In this document: piece after piece, positions 38,414 through 48,281 of the stretch
Numbering within the stretch: the stretch's first letter is position 1
Layout: each line of letters begins with the position of its first letter
Source: Pseudomonadota bacterium
GTDB lineage: Bacteria > Pseudomonadota > Alphaproteobacteria > MPNO01 > UBA2964
DNA length: 64,000 nucleotides
Assembly: GCA_036339375.1 (NCBI GenBank)
Contig: JAYZBC010000051.1
Span: forward strand, 11,796-75,795
Direction: 5' to 3'
Notes under the pieces: generated by a model
Database searches by the model: none
Told to the model about the DNA's origin: nothing
The model's input: the letters and a program-made list of their open reading frames with translations, nothing else
Translations under genes and position numbers: made by a program

Positions 38414-39619
38414 CTAACCCCCGCCCATAACGATGGAGAGACCCCAGCTACAAAATGTTGTCAACAACACCACCAACCATGGTGCAACCTTCCAAAAAAC
38501 CAAAAGAGTGAAAGCAAAAAGAGCTAGGGCGAAGTCAGATGAGGATAGAATACCACTCGTCCAAACTGGGTTATAAAAGGCTGCAAGCAAAAGACCTACG
38601 ACTGAGGCATTGACTCCCAACAAAGCTTTCTGAACAAATTTTCGTTGCCTTAATTCATCCCAATAAGGCAGTAAACCTATCACTAAAAAGAAAGAAGGAA
38701 GAAAAATTGATATTAAACAAATCATACCCCCCAGCCATCCATTAGGCTGAGGGTCCATGACTGTTCCGAGATAAGCAGCAAAGGTAAATAAAGGGCCTGG
38801 TACAGCCTGTGCTGCACCGTAACCCGCTAGAAAACTGTTGTTAGTCACCCACCCTGTTGGGACCATTTCAGACTGAAGCAAGGGTAAAACGACATGTCCA
38901 CCACCAAAGACTAAGGAACCTGAGCGGTAAAAACTATCGATAAGAATTAATGTTTGTGAAGGAAACGCAGTCACAGCAATTGGAAGTACAATCAGTAGAC
39001 TTATAAAAAGAAAAAGTGAGCTGTTGGCAAAAATTTTACTAATCTGAATACCAACTGAAGTCCGACGATGTTCAATAGAACCAGATCTAAGGGCAAACCC
39101 AGAAAAAGCTCCCAAAATTATGACCCCTATCTGAGTGAAGGGACTTGGAAAATACAACACAATGATAGCAGCAACTGCTGCCAGCGTGACCCGCTGAATG
39201 TCGGGGCACATAGTTTTAGCCATACCCCAAACGGCTTGCGCGACGACAGCGACGGCCACTATTTTAAGCCCATGCAATGCTCCTCCTGAAAGAACTTCTG
39301 GAAATACTAAGACCCCATACCCAAAAGCAATAAGAAGGAGCGCCGACGGTATCGTAAATCCAAACCAAGCAGCCAAAGCACCAAAAATACCACCCTTGGC
39401 TAACCCAATGCTAATACCAACTTGGCTCGAAGCCGGTCCAGGCAAAAACTGGCAAAAAGCCACTAAGTCCCCATAGGTATGTTCATCAATCCAGCGGCGG
39501 CGGATAACAAATTCTTCACGAAAATATCCAATATGGGCAACCGGGCCTCCAAAAGAGGTGCAACCCAATTTAAAAAAGGTCAGAAAGACCGAAAATACTG
39601 TTTCCCGTTCAGAGGACAT
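38414..39619 (-). CDS. chrA: Chromate/oxyanion efflux transporter (long-chain CHR)
   Basis: SFGGPVAHIG, CQFLPGPASSQ, VFGGGHVVLP and AQAVPGP. Confidence 0.92.
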   Translation of the reverse strand: MSSERETVFSVFLTFFKLGCTSFGGPVAHIGYFREEFVIRRRWIDEHTYGDLVAFCQFLPGPASSQVGISIGLAKGGIFGALAAWFGFTIPSALLLIAFGYGVLVFPEVLSGGALHGLKIVAVAVVAQAVWGMAKTMCPDIQRVTLAAVAAIIVLYFPSPFTQIGVIILGAFSGFALRSGSIEHRRTSVGIQISKIFANSSLFLFISLLIVLPIAVTAFPSQTLILIDSFYRSGSLVFGGGHVVLPLLQSEMVPTGWVTNNSFLAGYGAAQAVPGPLFTFAAYLGTVMDPQPNGWLGGMICLISIFLPSFFLVIGLLPYWDELRQRKFVQKALLGVNASVVGLLLAAFYNPVWTSGILSSSDFALALFAFTLLVFWKVAPWLVVLLTTFCSWGLSIVMGGG

Positions 39620-39774
39620 CAATGATCTTCCAAAAATTCAACGACATTTATACCTCTGGTGTGTGGAGTATTAAAATACTATCTTCAGTCTAATCGATTT
39701 CAGCCGAAAATTACCATTTTATCAAAAATCGGCGAAACCTTTAATGAGTTCAAGGGGAGTAAAAGTTATTAAAA

Positions 39775-40671
39775 ATGAAAAACCCAATGAATAAAAATCT
39801 GTTTTCGCCGACGATTGCAGGCTATTTATTTGTTGTCATTTCTGCACTTTCTTTTGCAAGTAACAATGCTTTCGCAGTTATTGGTTATCGCGGTGGTTCA
39901 ACACCATTAAGTCTGCTCACGTTTCGAAGCCTTTTCGCATTGATTGCCTTAACACTGATTATAAAATCTATTGGAGCCCCCATTAGTTTACCTACAAGGC
40001 AAAGGAATATTGCCCTTGGCCTCGGTATTCTAAATGCGCTTTTATCGTTGGCGTTAATGAGTTCATTTGCGCATGCTCCAATCGGGCTGGCAGTCCTCGT
40101 ATTTTATTTGTTTCCAATTTTAACCGGTGTTAGCGCCTCAGCCTTAGGCCAGGAGAAACTAACAAAGAGCCTAATTTTTGGACTTATCGGTTGTTTCATA
40201 GGGTTACTTTTAACGATTGAAATAAACCTGGAAAAGGAGGTTCTGTTTGGACTAGTGCTGGCGGGTATTGCAGCGTTTTTAATGACCGCCATTAATTTGA
40301 TTAGCGCTCGGGTACTAAATACAGGGAATGTTTGGTCGGTCACCCTGCATATTCATATATCAGCAACAATCCTTTTGATTTTGATTACTATAATTACAAC
40401 CGATTTCTCTTTACCTGTTACAACCTCCGGATGGGGTGGTGTATGGGGTGCAGCGATATTTTATACCGTTGCTATAACTGCCTATTTTGCCGCAATTGCA
40501 AGAATTGGGGCTATACGCTCGGGTTTGGTGATGAACCTCGAGCCAGTTGGCAGCATAGTGCTTGGGTTTGTTTGGCTCAGTCAAATTTTGACGCTCCGGC
40601 AGCTTATTGGTGCCGCTATCGTGATCTGCACTGTTAGCGCCCTAAAATGGTTTGAACAAAGTTCAAAATAA
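39775..40671 (+). CDS. DMT/EamA family transporter
   Basis: About ten TM segments in two EamA repeats; NLEPV. Confidence 0.87.
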   Translation: MKNPMNKNLFSPTIAGYLFVVISALSFASNNAFAVIGYRGGSTPLSLLTFRSLFALIALTLIIKSIGAPISLPTRQRNIALGLGILNALLSLALMSSFAHAPIGLAVLVFYLFPILTGVSASALGQEKLTKSLIFGLIGCFIGLLLTIEINLEKEVLFGLVLAGIAAFLMTAINLISARVLNTGNVWSVTLHIHISATILLILITIITTDFSLPVTTSGWGGVWGAAIFYTVAITAYFAAIARIGAIRSGLVMNLEPVGSIVLGFVWLSQILTLRQLIGAAIVICTVSALKWFEQSSK

Positions 40672-40878
40672 CGTTTTGTTTGTCTTGCCTCATTATTGTT
40701 TTTGCCAACACGCTTACAACGAAAGGCCTTTAACAAACATACAAACTTTCAGTGTTTTAAGAATCCAAAAACCCTCCATGCGAAATATACTCAGTTCAAA
40801 AAGAATGCGTTAATCTATAATCGGTATAAATCTTTCATCAATAATCCTCAACATAATCAAATTTCTGGAGAATGAAAA

Positions 40879-42000
40879 ATGGCAAGCAACAAAGGATTAA
40901 AAGAGGTTGGCTTTTTTGACTGTGCCGGCGGGGGACAAATTACGGTCAAAGGCCGCTTTGCCTATATCGGCCATATGGCAAATCCTTATGGTACCAGTAT
41001 TGTTGATGTTTCTGACCCTCTTCATCCGAAACTATTGGCTCATATTGAAATGCCTGAGGGCACTCATTCTCATAAGGTGCGCGCTACCGAAGAAATTATG
41101 GTCCGCAATCACGAGTTGCTGGGCTCGGGTAAACCGGAAGATTTTCATACTGGAGTAGGTATTTTTGATGTCTCAGACAAACAAAATCCTAAGAAGATAT
41201 CGACATGGGACACAGTTGGGCGTGGTGTTCACCGTTTTGATTTTGATGGCCGTTTTGTTTACTTTTCCTCAACAATGGAGGGTTTTCGCGGTCCAATAAT
41301 GGTCGTTATTGATATCATCGACCCAGAATTTCCCAAGGAGGTGTGTAAATGGTGGATACCGGGACAATGGGAAGCAGGGGGCGAAGAATATGTTTGGGGA
41401 GATGGTCCCGAACCGCGTTGTCACCATCCTTTACGACTAGAAAACCGGCTTTATGTGAGTTACTGGCACCACGGTTGTTTTATCCTAAACATTGACGATC
41501 TAAATAAACCTAAAAAGATTTCTGGCCTGAATTCTAGTCCAACCTTCCCCCACCCCACACATACAGCGTTACCAATTCCATTTGAAATTCGTGGACACAA
41601 AATAATGATTGTCGCAGACGAAGATGTTGCAAAGCTTCGCCCCCATGCGCCTTCTTTTGCATGGGTAGTAGACATTACTGATGAAACCAACCCCATTCCT
41701 ATTTCTTCAATCCAGGTAGACGGTCTTGATCCCGATGGCGCACCTCAAGAGCCTTTCACAGGATGCCACCAACCAAGTGAAGTTGTCATTGATGAAATTA
41801 TCCCTTTTGCTTGGTTTTCCAAAGGCGTGAGATTGTTCAATATTTCGAATCCTCACTCACCAAAAGAAGTTGGTCATTTTGAACCCGACCCCCAACCTGG
41901 GTGTGAACGTTTAAGTGCAAACGATGTCACAATGGATGACAGAGGTTTAGTTTATGTGATCGACCGATTGCGCGGATTGCATATTTTGGAAAGGGTTTAA
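40879..42000 (+). CDS. LVIVD-repeat beta-propeller protein, His-rich, cytoplasmic
   Basis: Repeats SIVDVSDP, IFDVSDK, VVIDIIDP, ILNIDD, WVVDITD and LFNISNP. No signal peptide. Confidence 0.82.
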   Translation: MASNKGLKEVGFFDCAGGGQITVKGRFAYIGHMANPYGTSIVDVSDPLHPKLLAHIEMPEGTHSHKVRATEEIMVRNHELLGSGKPEDFHTGVGIFDVSDKQNPKKISTWDTVGRGVHRFDFDGRFVYFSSTMEGFRGPIMVVIDIIDPEFPKEVCKWWIPGQWEAGGEEYVWGDGPEPRCHHPLRLENRLYVSYWHHGCFILNIDDLNKPKKISGLNSSPTFPHPTHTALPIPFEIRGHKIMIVADEDVAKLRPHAPSFAWVVDITDETNPIPISSIQVDGLDPDGAPQEPFTGCHQPSEVVIDEIIPFAWFSKGVRLFNISNPHSPKEVGHFEPDPQPGCERLSANDVTMDDRGLVYVIDRLRGLHILERV

Positions 42001-42038
42001 ACGCACAGATTTTATTTACGTTTCAAAGCGAGGACATT

Positions 42039-43193
42039 ATGGAAATATCAAAGTCTCAAAGGACAAAATCCAACAAAAAAACGGCTCGCCTGGACAAACT
42101 TTATACAACTCTCAATTCATTAAAAATGGCGCCCTACTGGGCGGTGAAAGATTCACCAAATGACCACAACGAGGATGACCAGGTTTTAAAAGGCCGCAAA
42201 GCTTTGCCGTTTATTTGGAAATATTCAGAGATAGAACCATTGCTTTTTGAAGCCGCGGAATTAATTTCAATGGACGATTCAGAGCGTCGTTCGATCGTCC
42301 TAGTAAATCCTGGGATGGCGCCAATCCGCGCTACTGTATCTACCCTTTACACGGCTTATCGTTTGAATGACCCAAATGAAATTATGCCGCCGCATCGGCA
42401 TTCGATCAATGCAGTTCGAATAGGCCTCACCGGAAAACAAAATTTTACTGGTGTTGAAGGCGAACCTATCACATTTGGTCCAGGTGACCTTGTCTTAACA
42501 CCAGCCGATGCTTGGCACAATCATGGTAATAAAGGCGACGATTTCGCTGTAAATGTCAGTGTATTAGATCTCCCCCTTTCTGAAGTTTTAAATGCTGCAA
42601 AATTTGAACATGACTATAAAGAGAAAAATGGAGGACAATTAATCTCAAAACGTGAGCAGTCTATTCGCTTTTCAGACAATTATTCACAGAGGACCTACGG
42701 GTATGGGGGATTAAAACCCCGTTTTTTAAATCATGATCGAGGAACGGGCTTGCATTCGCCAATGTATGTCTATCGATGGGAGAAAACACGCGAAATGCTT
42801 GAGGACCTCCGAAATCATGAGGGTAGCCCTTGGGATGCCATTCAAGTTGAATACACAAACCCAATTACTGGCCTCACCGCTTATCCTACTATGACATTTT
42901 TTGGCCAACTGCTAAGACCAGGAGAAAGCACGCTCCCTCAACAGCAAAATGCGAGTCAAATTTGTTTCCCTTTTGATGGTAAAGGGTACAGTATGGTTGG
43001 GCAAACACGCTTGGAATGGGAACCTTTTGATGCAGTCGCAATCCCGGGTGGCGTTTGGTATCAACATTTTAACTCTTCCGAAAATCAAGATGCCATTTTA
43101 TTTGTCGCAAGTGATGAGCCAACACTAAAAGCTCTCGGATTTTTCAAAAGACAGGGGAAAAATGCGAATGGTGAAACACTGTTTCTAGAGTAA
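42039..43193 (+). CDS. Gentisate / 1-hydroxy-2-naphthoate 1,2-dioxygenase-like bicupin
   Basis: SERRSIVLVNP, PPHRHS, WHNH, YTNPITG and SDEP. Confidence 0.85.
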   Translation: MEISKSQRTKSNKKTARLDKLYTTLNSLKMAPYWAVKDSPNDHNEDDQVLKGRKALPFIWKYSEIEPLLFEAAELISMDDSERRSIVLVNPGMAPIRATVSTLYTAYRLNDPNEIMPPHRHSINAVRIGLTGKQNFTGVEGEPITFGPGDLVLTPADAWHNHGNKGDDFAVNVSVLDLPLSEVLNAAKFEHDYKEKNGGQLISKREQSIRFSDNYSQRTYGYGGLKPRFLNHDRGTGLHSPMYVYRWEKTREMLEDLRNHEGSPWDAIQVEYTNPITGLTAYPTMTFFGQLLRPGESTLPQQQNASQICFPFDGKGYSMVGQTRLEWEPFDAVAIPGGVWYQHFNSSENQDAILFVASDEPTLKALGFFKRQGKNANGETLFLE

Positions 43194-43200
43194 TAAAAAT

Positions 43201-45315
43201 ATGAAATTCAAAATTGGGGTGGATGTCGGAGGAACTTTTATTGATCTCGTGGTTTCCGATGATCAACTTGGTAAACGTTTCCACAAAACCCTAGCTGATC
43301 CCAAGGATCTTTCTGGTTCCCTTTTTGCTGGACTGGAATTCATAGCCAAGGACATGGGTTTAACGCTGGCCGGTCTCCTTAAAAACACTTTAATGATTAT
43401 ACATGGGAGTACAGTAGCTACCAACGCGTTGTTAACGCGAACAGGTGCTACCACCGCATTGTTAACGACAGAAGGTTTTCGTGACGTCCTTAACATGCGG
43501 AGAGGCATGCGTTCAAATCAATATAACCCTAAACAAGCGCCTCCTACACCGCTTATTCCGAGGCAATTAATTCTTCCAATTCCCGAACGCATCGATTGCG
43601 AAGGAAATGTGGTCAAACCAATAAACAAAAAAAGATGCGACGAAATTCTCACAAAACTTAGGGATGAAGGTGTAGAAAGTGTTGCTATAGGTTTCTTGTT
43701 TTCGTTTATGAACAAAAAACATGAAGATTATTTAGCATCTAGGCTTAAAGAGTTTATGCCTGATGTGCATGTTTCAACTTCGAACGAAGTCCTTCCAGAA
43801 GTACGACTTTACGAAAGACTGAGTACAACGGCTGTTAATGCCTATGTTACCCCCATCTTAAGTCGGTATTTACATGCACTCAAACTGCGTCTTAAGAATT
43901 CCGGCTTTAAAGGCGACCTACTGATTATGCAGTCAAATGGTGGCGTCATGGGATTTGAAGCAAGTTCTAAATACGGAGTTCGAAGCATTTTATCCGGGCC
44001 GGCAAGTGGACCCATTGCCGGAGCATGGTATGCAAATCTCCAAGGATTATCTAACGCTATTACTATGGATATGGGCGGTACAAGTTTTGATGTTTGCCTT
44101 ATAAATGATGGAAAAACAGAGGTTACCAAGGACTTAGAAATTGATGGCCAAAGAATTGCTTTACCATTGGTGGCGGTTCACACAATCGGTGCAGGAGGCG
44201 GTAGCATCGTAAAAATGGATTCTCGCGGCCTTCTTCAGGTCGGGCCGGAAAGTGCCGGCTCCACCCCCGGCCCTGTTTGTTACGGGCGCGGTGGAATACA
44301 TCCGACAGTCACCGACGCGGATGTCCTTATCGGCTACTTGGGTACAAAAAGTTTCTGGGGCGGCCGGCTCCACCTCGACAAAGCAGCAGCCTATAAAGCA
44401 TTTCAAAAACAAATCGCTCTGCCCATGGATCTAGAGGTAGTCGCCGCCGCCTACGGTGCATACCAGGTCGTCAATGCAGCGATGGTCGATGCAATCAGAG
44501 AGGTATCTATTAGGCGCGGATTTGATCCACGAAAATTTGTGTTAGTCGCAGCAGGAGGAGCCGGACCAATTCACGCATGTGATATTGCAAAGGAGCTTGA
44601 TGTACCCCTAATTTTAATACCGCGCGAGGCTTCAGTAATGTGTGCCACTGGTCAGCTATTGTCTGATTTACGACACGATTACGTAAGGAGCTACGTAATG
44701 CCACTAGAAAAAATTGATTGCGCAATTGTCAAAACTCATTTCTCCGGTATGGAAAAACAAGCCGTAGAAGCACTAAATTTGGAAGGTATTCAAAAGGAAA
44801 AAATACTCATTTCTTATTCGGCCGATGTTAGATATGTAGGGCAATTCAACGATGTAGAGGTGCCAGTAAAATCAACTCAATTTTCGGAACCCACAATTGT
44901 TAAGCTCATCAGAGATTTTCATAAACTTCACGAATCTTTAAACGGCTACCATGTCCTCGATGCGTCTGTTGAGTTAGTCAATCTGCGTTTGGTAGCGAAG
45001 GGACAGACTCAAAAGCCCAAAATCAATAACAAAACGGGTCAAATTCCTGTTAAACAACCGAGACCTATACTTCACCGGAAAGCTTATTTTTCTAATGGTT
45101 TCACTGATGTACCAGTTTTTAATGGATCCGATTTTTTTTCAGGCATAAACGTCCCAGGCCCTGCCATTGTGGAACAAGAAACTACTACAATTCTAGTTCA
45201 ACCTGGCTATGAGTTACATTGTGATCTTTATGGCAATTTTCTTTTGCATAGAGAAGGCCTTAACAAAGAAAAGATAGTAAATTCTTTAAAATCGTCTCGG
45301 TTGCAACAGGATTAG
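43201..45315 (+). CDS. Hydantoinase A / oxoprolinase family, ATP-binding subunit
   Basis: GVDVGGTFID, HGSTVATNA, MQSNGG, SGPASG, DMGGTSFD, IGAGGGS and PTVTDA. Confidence 0.93.
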   Translation: MKFKIGVDVGGTFIDLVVSDDQLGKRFHKTLADPKDLSGSLFAGLEFIAKDMGLTLAGLLKNTLMIIHGSTVATNALLTRTGATTALLTTEGFRDVLNMRRGMRSNQYNPKQAPPTPLIPRQLILPIPERIDCEGNVVKPINKKRCDEILTKLRDEGVESVAIGFLFSFMNKKHEDYLASRLKEFMPDVHVSTSNEVLPEVRLYERLSTTAVNAYVTPILSRYLHALKLRLKNSGFKGDLLIMQSNGGVMGFEASSKYGVRSILSGPASGPIAGAWYANLQGLSNAITMDMGGTSFDVCLINDGKTEVTKDLEIDGQRIALPLVAVHTIGAGGGSIVKMDSRGLLQVGPESAGSTPGPVCYGRGGIHPTVTDADVLIGYLGTKSFWGGRLHLDKAAAYKAFQKQIALPMDLEVVAAAYGAYQVVNAAMVDAIREVSIRRGFDPRKFVLVAAGGAGPIHACDIAKELDVPLILIPREASVMCATGQLLSDLRHDYVRSYVMPLEKIDCAIVKTHFSGMEKQAVEALNLEGIQKEKILISYSADVRYVGQFNDVEVPVKSTQFSEPTIVKLIRDFHKLHESLNGYHVLDASVELVNLRLVAKGQTQKPKINNKTGQIPVKQPRPILHRKAYFSNGFTDVPVFNGSDFFSGINVPGPAIVEQETTTILVQPGYELHCDLYGNFLLHREGLNKEKIVNSLKSSRLQQD

Positions 45316-45319
45316 TGCG

Positions 45320-47056
45320 ATGGACCAAATTTTAATGACAGTAATTACTAACCGACTTGAAGGTATCACCCGGGAAATGGGGACAGGAATGTTACGCAGT
45401 TCGCGTTCCCCAATTTTTGCTGAAAACAAAGATCTGGTAACGGCCATATTCGACAAACAACTCCGTCTAGTAGCACAAACCGCCTACATTCCTGTGCTAA
45501 TGGGAGCCAGCCCGTTCGCAATAAAATCTATAGCAGAACATTTTGGTGAAGACATTAATCAAGGCGATATTATGATTCTAAACGACCCTTATCGCGGAAA
45601 TAATCATGCACCCGACATAACTGTCGTGAAGCCAGTATTTTTTGCAGAAGAGTTGCATTTTTGGGTTTTTAGCAGGGGACATCACGCTGATATTGGCGGT
45701 GGGGGTACGGCAGGAAGAAACCCTCATGCCAAAACAGTCTGGGAAGAGGGTTTACGAATACCACCTACTAAACTTTATCAAAAAGGCGAATATAACCGAG
45801 ATATATGGGAAATAATTCTTCTCAATGTTCGTTTACCGTCTTTGGTTGAAGGTGACCTACAGTGTCAAGTTGGCGCATGCAATGTGGGGGAGAAAGGGTT
45901 GGGAAAACTATTACAACAATACGGGTTACAAAATGTTGGGGATACGATCAATGAGGTGTTGAAAAGAAGTGAAATTCAAATGCAGGAGCGGATAGCCACC
46001 ATTCCAGATGGAATTTATTTTGGCGAAAGGCAATTAGACCATTTACTTGATACAGACCCGCCAAAGCGGCCGACAGTAAGGGTCAAGCTTAAAAAAAAGG
46101 ATCGAAAGTTGTTTTTTGATTTTGCTCAATCAGATCCACAAATTCAGGCCTATTACAATAGCTCTTATGCAAATACCGTGTCTTCTTGCTATATTGGCCT
46201 CTTTTCTACAATCGCGTCAGATATCAACGTCGATAATGGATCCATGCAACCCGTAGAGGTTGTTGCTCCAAAAGGTTCTTTGGTTAATCCCATTGAAGGT
46301 GCGCCAACGACCCAGTGTACCGTTGCCACCTGTGCTACAATCGTTGAGACCGTTTGGCTAGCCCTCGCCACAGCAGTACCAAAACTTGTGCAAGCAGGAT
46401 GGGCAAGAACAAATGCAGGTGCAGGAACGGCCTTTAATCCAAGAACCGGAAGGCAAGCGGCTTTCATCCTCCACTTCACCAAAGGTGGCGGTGGCGCTAC
46501 TTTGGGTTATGATGGTTGGAACCACATTTCTCCTGTGTCTTCCATGGGTGGTTCCCGCGTCCCTGACCCGGAGCTCCACGAATTGACATTTCCACACCGT
46601 ATTCTCAAATATGAGTTTCGACCTGAGAGTGCGGGTATAGGTCAATGGCGGGGTGGATATGGGGTAAACTTCTCTCTCCGCTTTATTGAAGATGGAACGG
46701 CACTAGCCATACAAATAGGGAGTGGAAGCCATGAAACTTTGCCGTTTGGATTAGAGGGAGGCGGTAACGCTGTTGCGGGTACAATAGGAACACGCCCTAC
46801 AGATGGCGAACCAAAAATGTTCGAGGAGGCTACATTACACTTCCCACGCTGTGGCGATATAGTGGACTTTGGATCTGCTGGTGGAGGTGGATTTGGCGAT
46901 CCCTATAAACGCTCAGAGGAAGAAGTGTTAACTGATGTAACTTCGGGCCTATTGTCAATTGAAAACGCAGTTAAACAATACGGGGTTGTTGTACACCCAA
47001 GTACTCTAACTGTTGATTATCAAGCTACAGAAAATAAACGGAAAAAATTTAAATAA
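45320..47056 (+). CDS. Hydantoinase B / oxoprolinase family subunit
   Basis: SSRSP, NDPYRGNNHAPD, GHHADIGG, EEGLRIPP, GQWRGG and GGGGFGDP. Confidence 0.93.
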   Translation: MDQILMTVITNRLEGITREMGTGMLRSSRSPIFAENKDLVTAIFDKQLRLVAQTAYIPVLMGASPFAIKSIAEHFGEDINQGDIMILNDPYRGNNHAPDITVVKPVFFAEELHFWVFSRGHHADIGGGGTAGRNPHAKTVWEEGLRIPPTKLYQKGEYNRDIWEIILLNVRLPSLVEGDLQCQVGACNVGEKGLGKLLQQYGLQNVGDTINEVLKRSEIQMQERIATIPDGIYFGERQLDHLLDTDPPKRPTVRVKLKKKDRKLFFDFAQSDPQIQAYYNSSYANTVSSCYIGLFSTIASDINVDNGSMQPVEVVAPKGSLVNPIEGAPTTQCTVATCATIVETVWLALATAVPKLVQAGWARTNAGAGTAFNPRTGRQAAFILHFTKGGGGATLGYDGWNHISPVSSMGGSRVPDPELHELTFPHRILKYEFRPESAGIGQWRGGYGVNFSLRFIEDGTALAIQIGSGSHETLPFGLEGGGNAVAGTIGTRPTDGEPKMFEEATLHFPRCGDIVDFGSAGGGGFGDPYKRSEEEVLTDVTSGLLSIENAVKQYGVVVHPSTLTVDYQATENKRKKFK

Positions 47057-47130
47057 AAATAATGCAGAAAAATTTTCCTTAGAAATGGTACAATTTTTTC
47101 TTTAGAATTTAACTTACACGCTTAAAAAAT

Positions 47131-48144
47131 GTGGAGAAACTAGTGTCTAGAGGTCCTTTCGGGTTAGAAGTCCATCCTTATTACGACTCGAAAACAATTA
47201 TAGATGAAGTAAAATTAGCAGAGGCGATGGGCTATGACGACGTTTGGATCGGTGATTCCCAACTAATTTGGCGAGAACTATACGTTCTTATGGGAGCAGT
47301 CGCTCAAACTACATCAAAGGTGGCATTGGGCAGTGGTGTAACCAATCCGATTACGCGTATGCCAGCAGTCACCGCAAGCGCCGCGGTCACTTTACAAGAA
47401 CTTTCAGGTGGCCGAATGATGCTAGGGATTGGGAGTGGCTTTAGTTCTGTCAATACAATGGGAATGAAACCTGCCACCTTGAAAAGTCTAGAAAAATTTG
47501 TGAGTGATGTAAGAGCTCTCTGCCGAGGTGAAACTATACACCGAAAAACAACAGAATTGAATTTAGCCTTCGGTGCAAAAGAAAAATGTCCCCCAATTTA
47601 CATTGCTGCAAGTGGACCTAAAATGTTGGCCCTAGCCGGCCGGGTGGGAGATGGTGTCATCTTAGCCAGAGCATCCATCAAAGGTAACATGTTAACTGAT
47701 ATGCTTGACTGCGTTAATGCAGGACGAAAATCTCGCGGTAAAGAGAGCCCGAATTTTAAAACCTTCCTTTCTCTCCCAGTATGCGTAGATGAAGACAAGC
47801 GGAAGGCCATGGAAGCTGTTCGCCCGCACGTGGCCCGAAGTATTCTTACTCCGCTCTGGGAACTCAGCAAATCTGCTGCAGAGACACTAAAAAATTTAGA
47901 ACAGCAATATAATAATTACGAACATTTACACCCAACTGCAGACCATGCGGACATCATACCTGATGAGGTTGTACCCGAATACGCAATTGCCGGAACTCCA
48001 GCTGAGTGCAAGGATGAATTTGCAAGGCTTTTAGAAGGAAATGTCGATCAGATAACTATTCGACCCTATAGTCCAAAAGGGGTCCCACGAAGTGTAATGA
48101 TCCAAAAATTTGCCGAAGAAGTTATTGCTCCGCTAAGAAAATGA
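47131..48144 (+). CDS. LLM-class flavin/F420-dependent oxidoreductase (Mer-like)
   Basis: WIGDSQ, GSGVTNP, SGGRMMLGIGSG and AASGPKMLALAGRVGDG. GTG start. Confidence 0.87.
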   Translation: MEKLVSRGPFGLEVHPYYDSKTIIDEVKLAEAMGYDDVWIGDSQLIWRELYVLMGAVAQTTSKVALGSGVTNPITRMPAVTASAAVTLQELSGGRMMLGIGSGFSSVNTMGMKPATLKSLEKFVSDVRALCRGETIHRKTTELNLAFGAKEKCPPIYIAASGPKMLALAGRVGDGVILARASIKGNMLTDMLDCVNAGRKSRGKESPNFKTFLSLPVCVDEDKRKAMEAVRPHVARSILTPLWELSKSAAETLKNLEQQYNNYEHLHPTADHADIIPDEVVPEYAIAGTPAECKDEFARLLEGNVDQITIRPYSPKGVPRSVMIQKFAEEVIAPLRK

Positions 48145-48281
48145 CTCTCGTATAATTTAAAGAGAATTAACGTACAAACCATTAAGTATTTTTGTAAAAA
48201 GACGCTTAACCCCAACTGAACCGGTTGGTTACTCCATCAAATTGCTGGTTTCGAATTCAATCCTATCAATTTGTTAGACCG

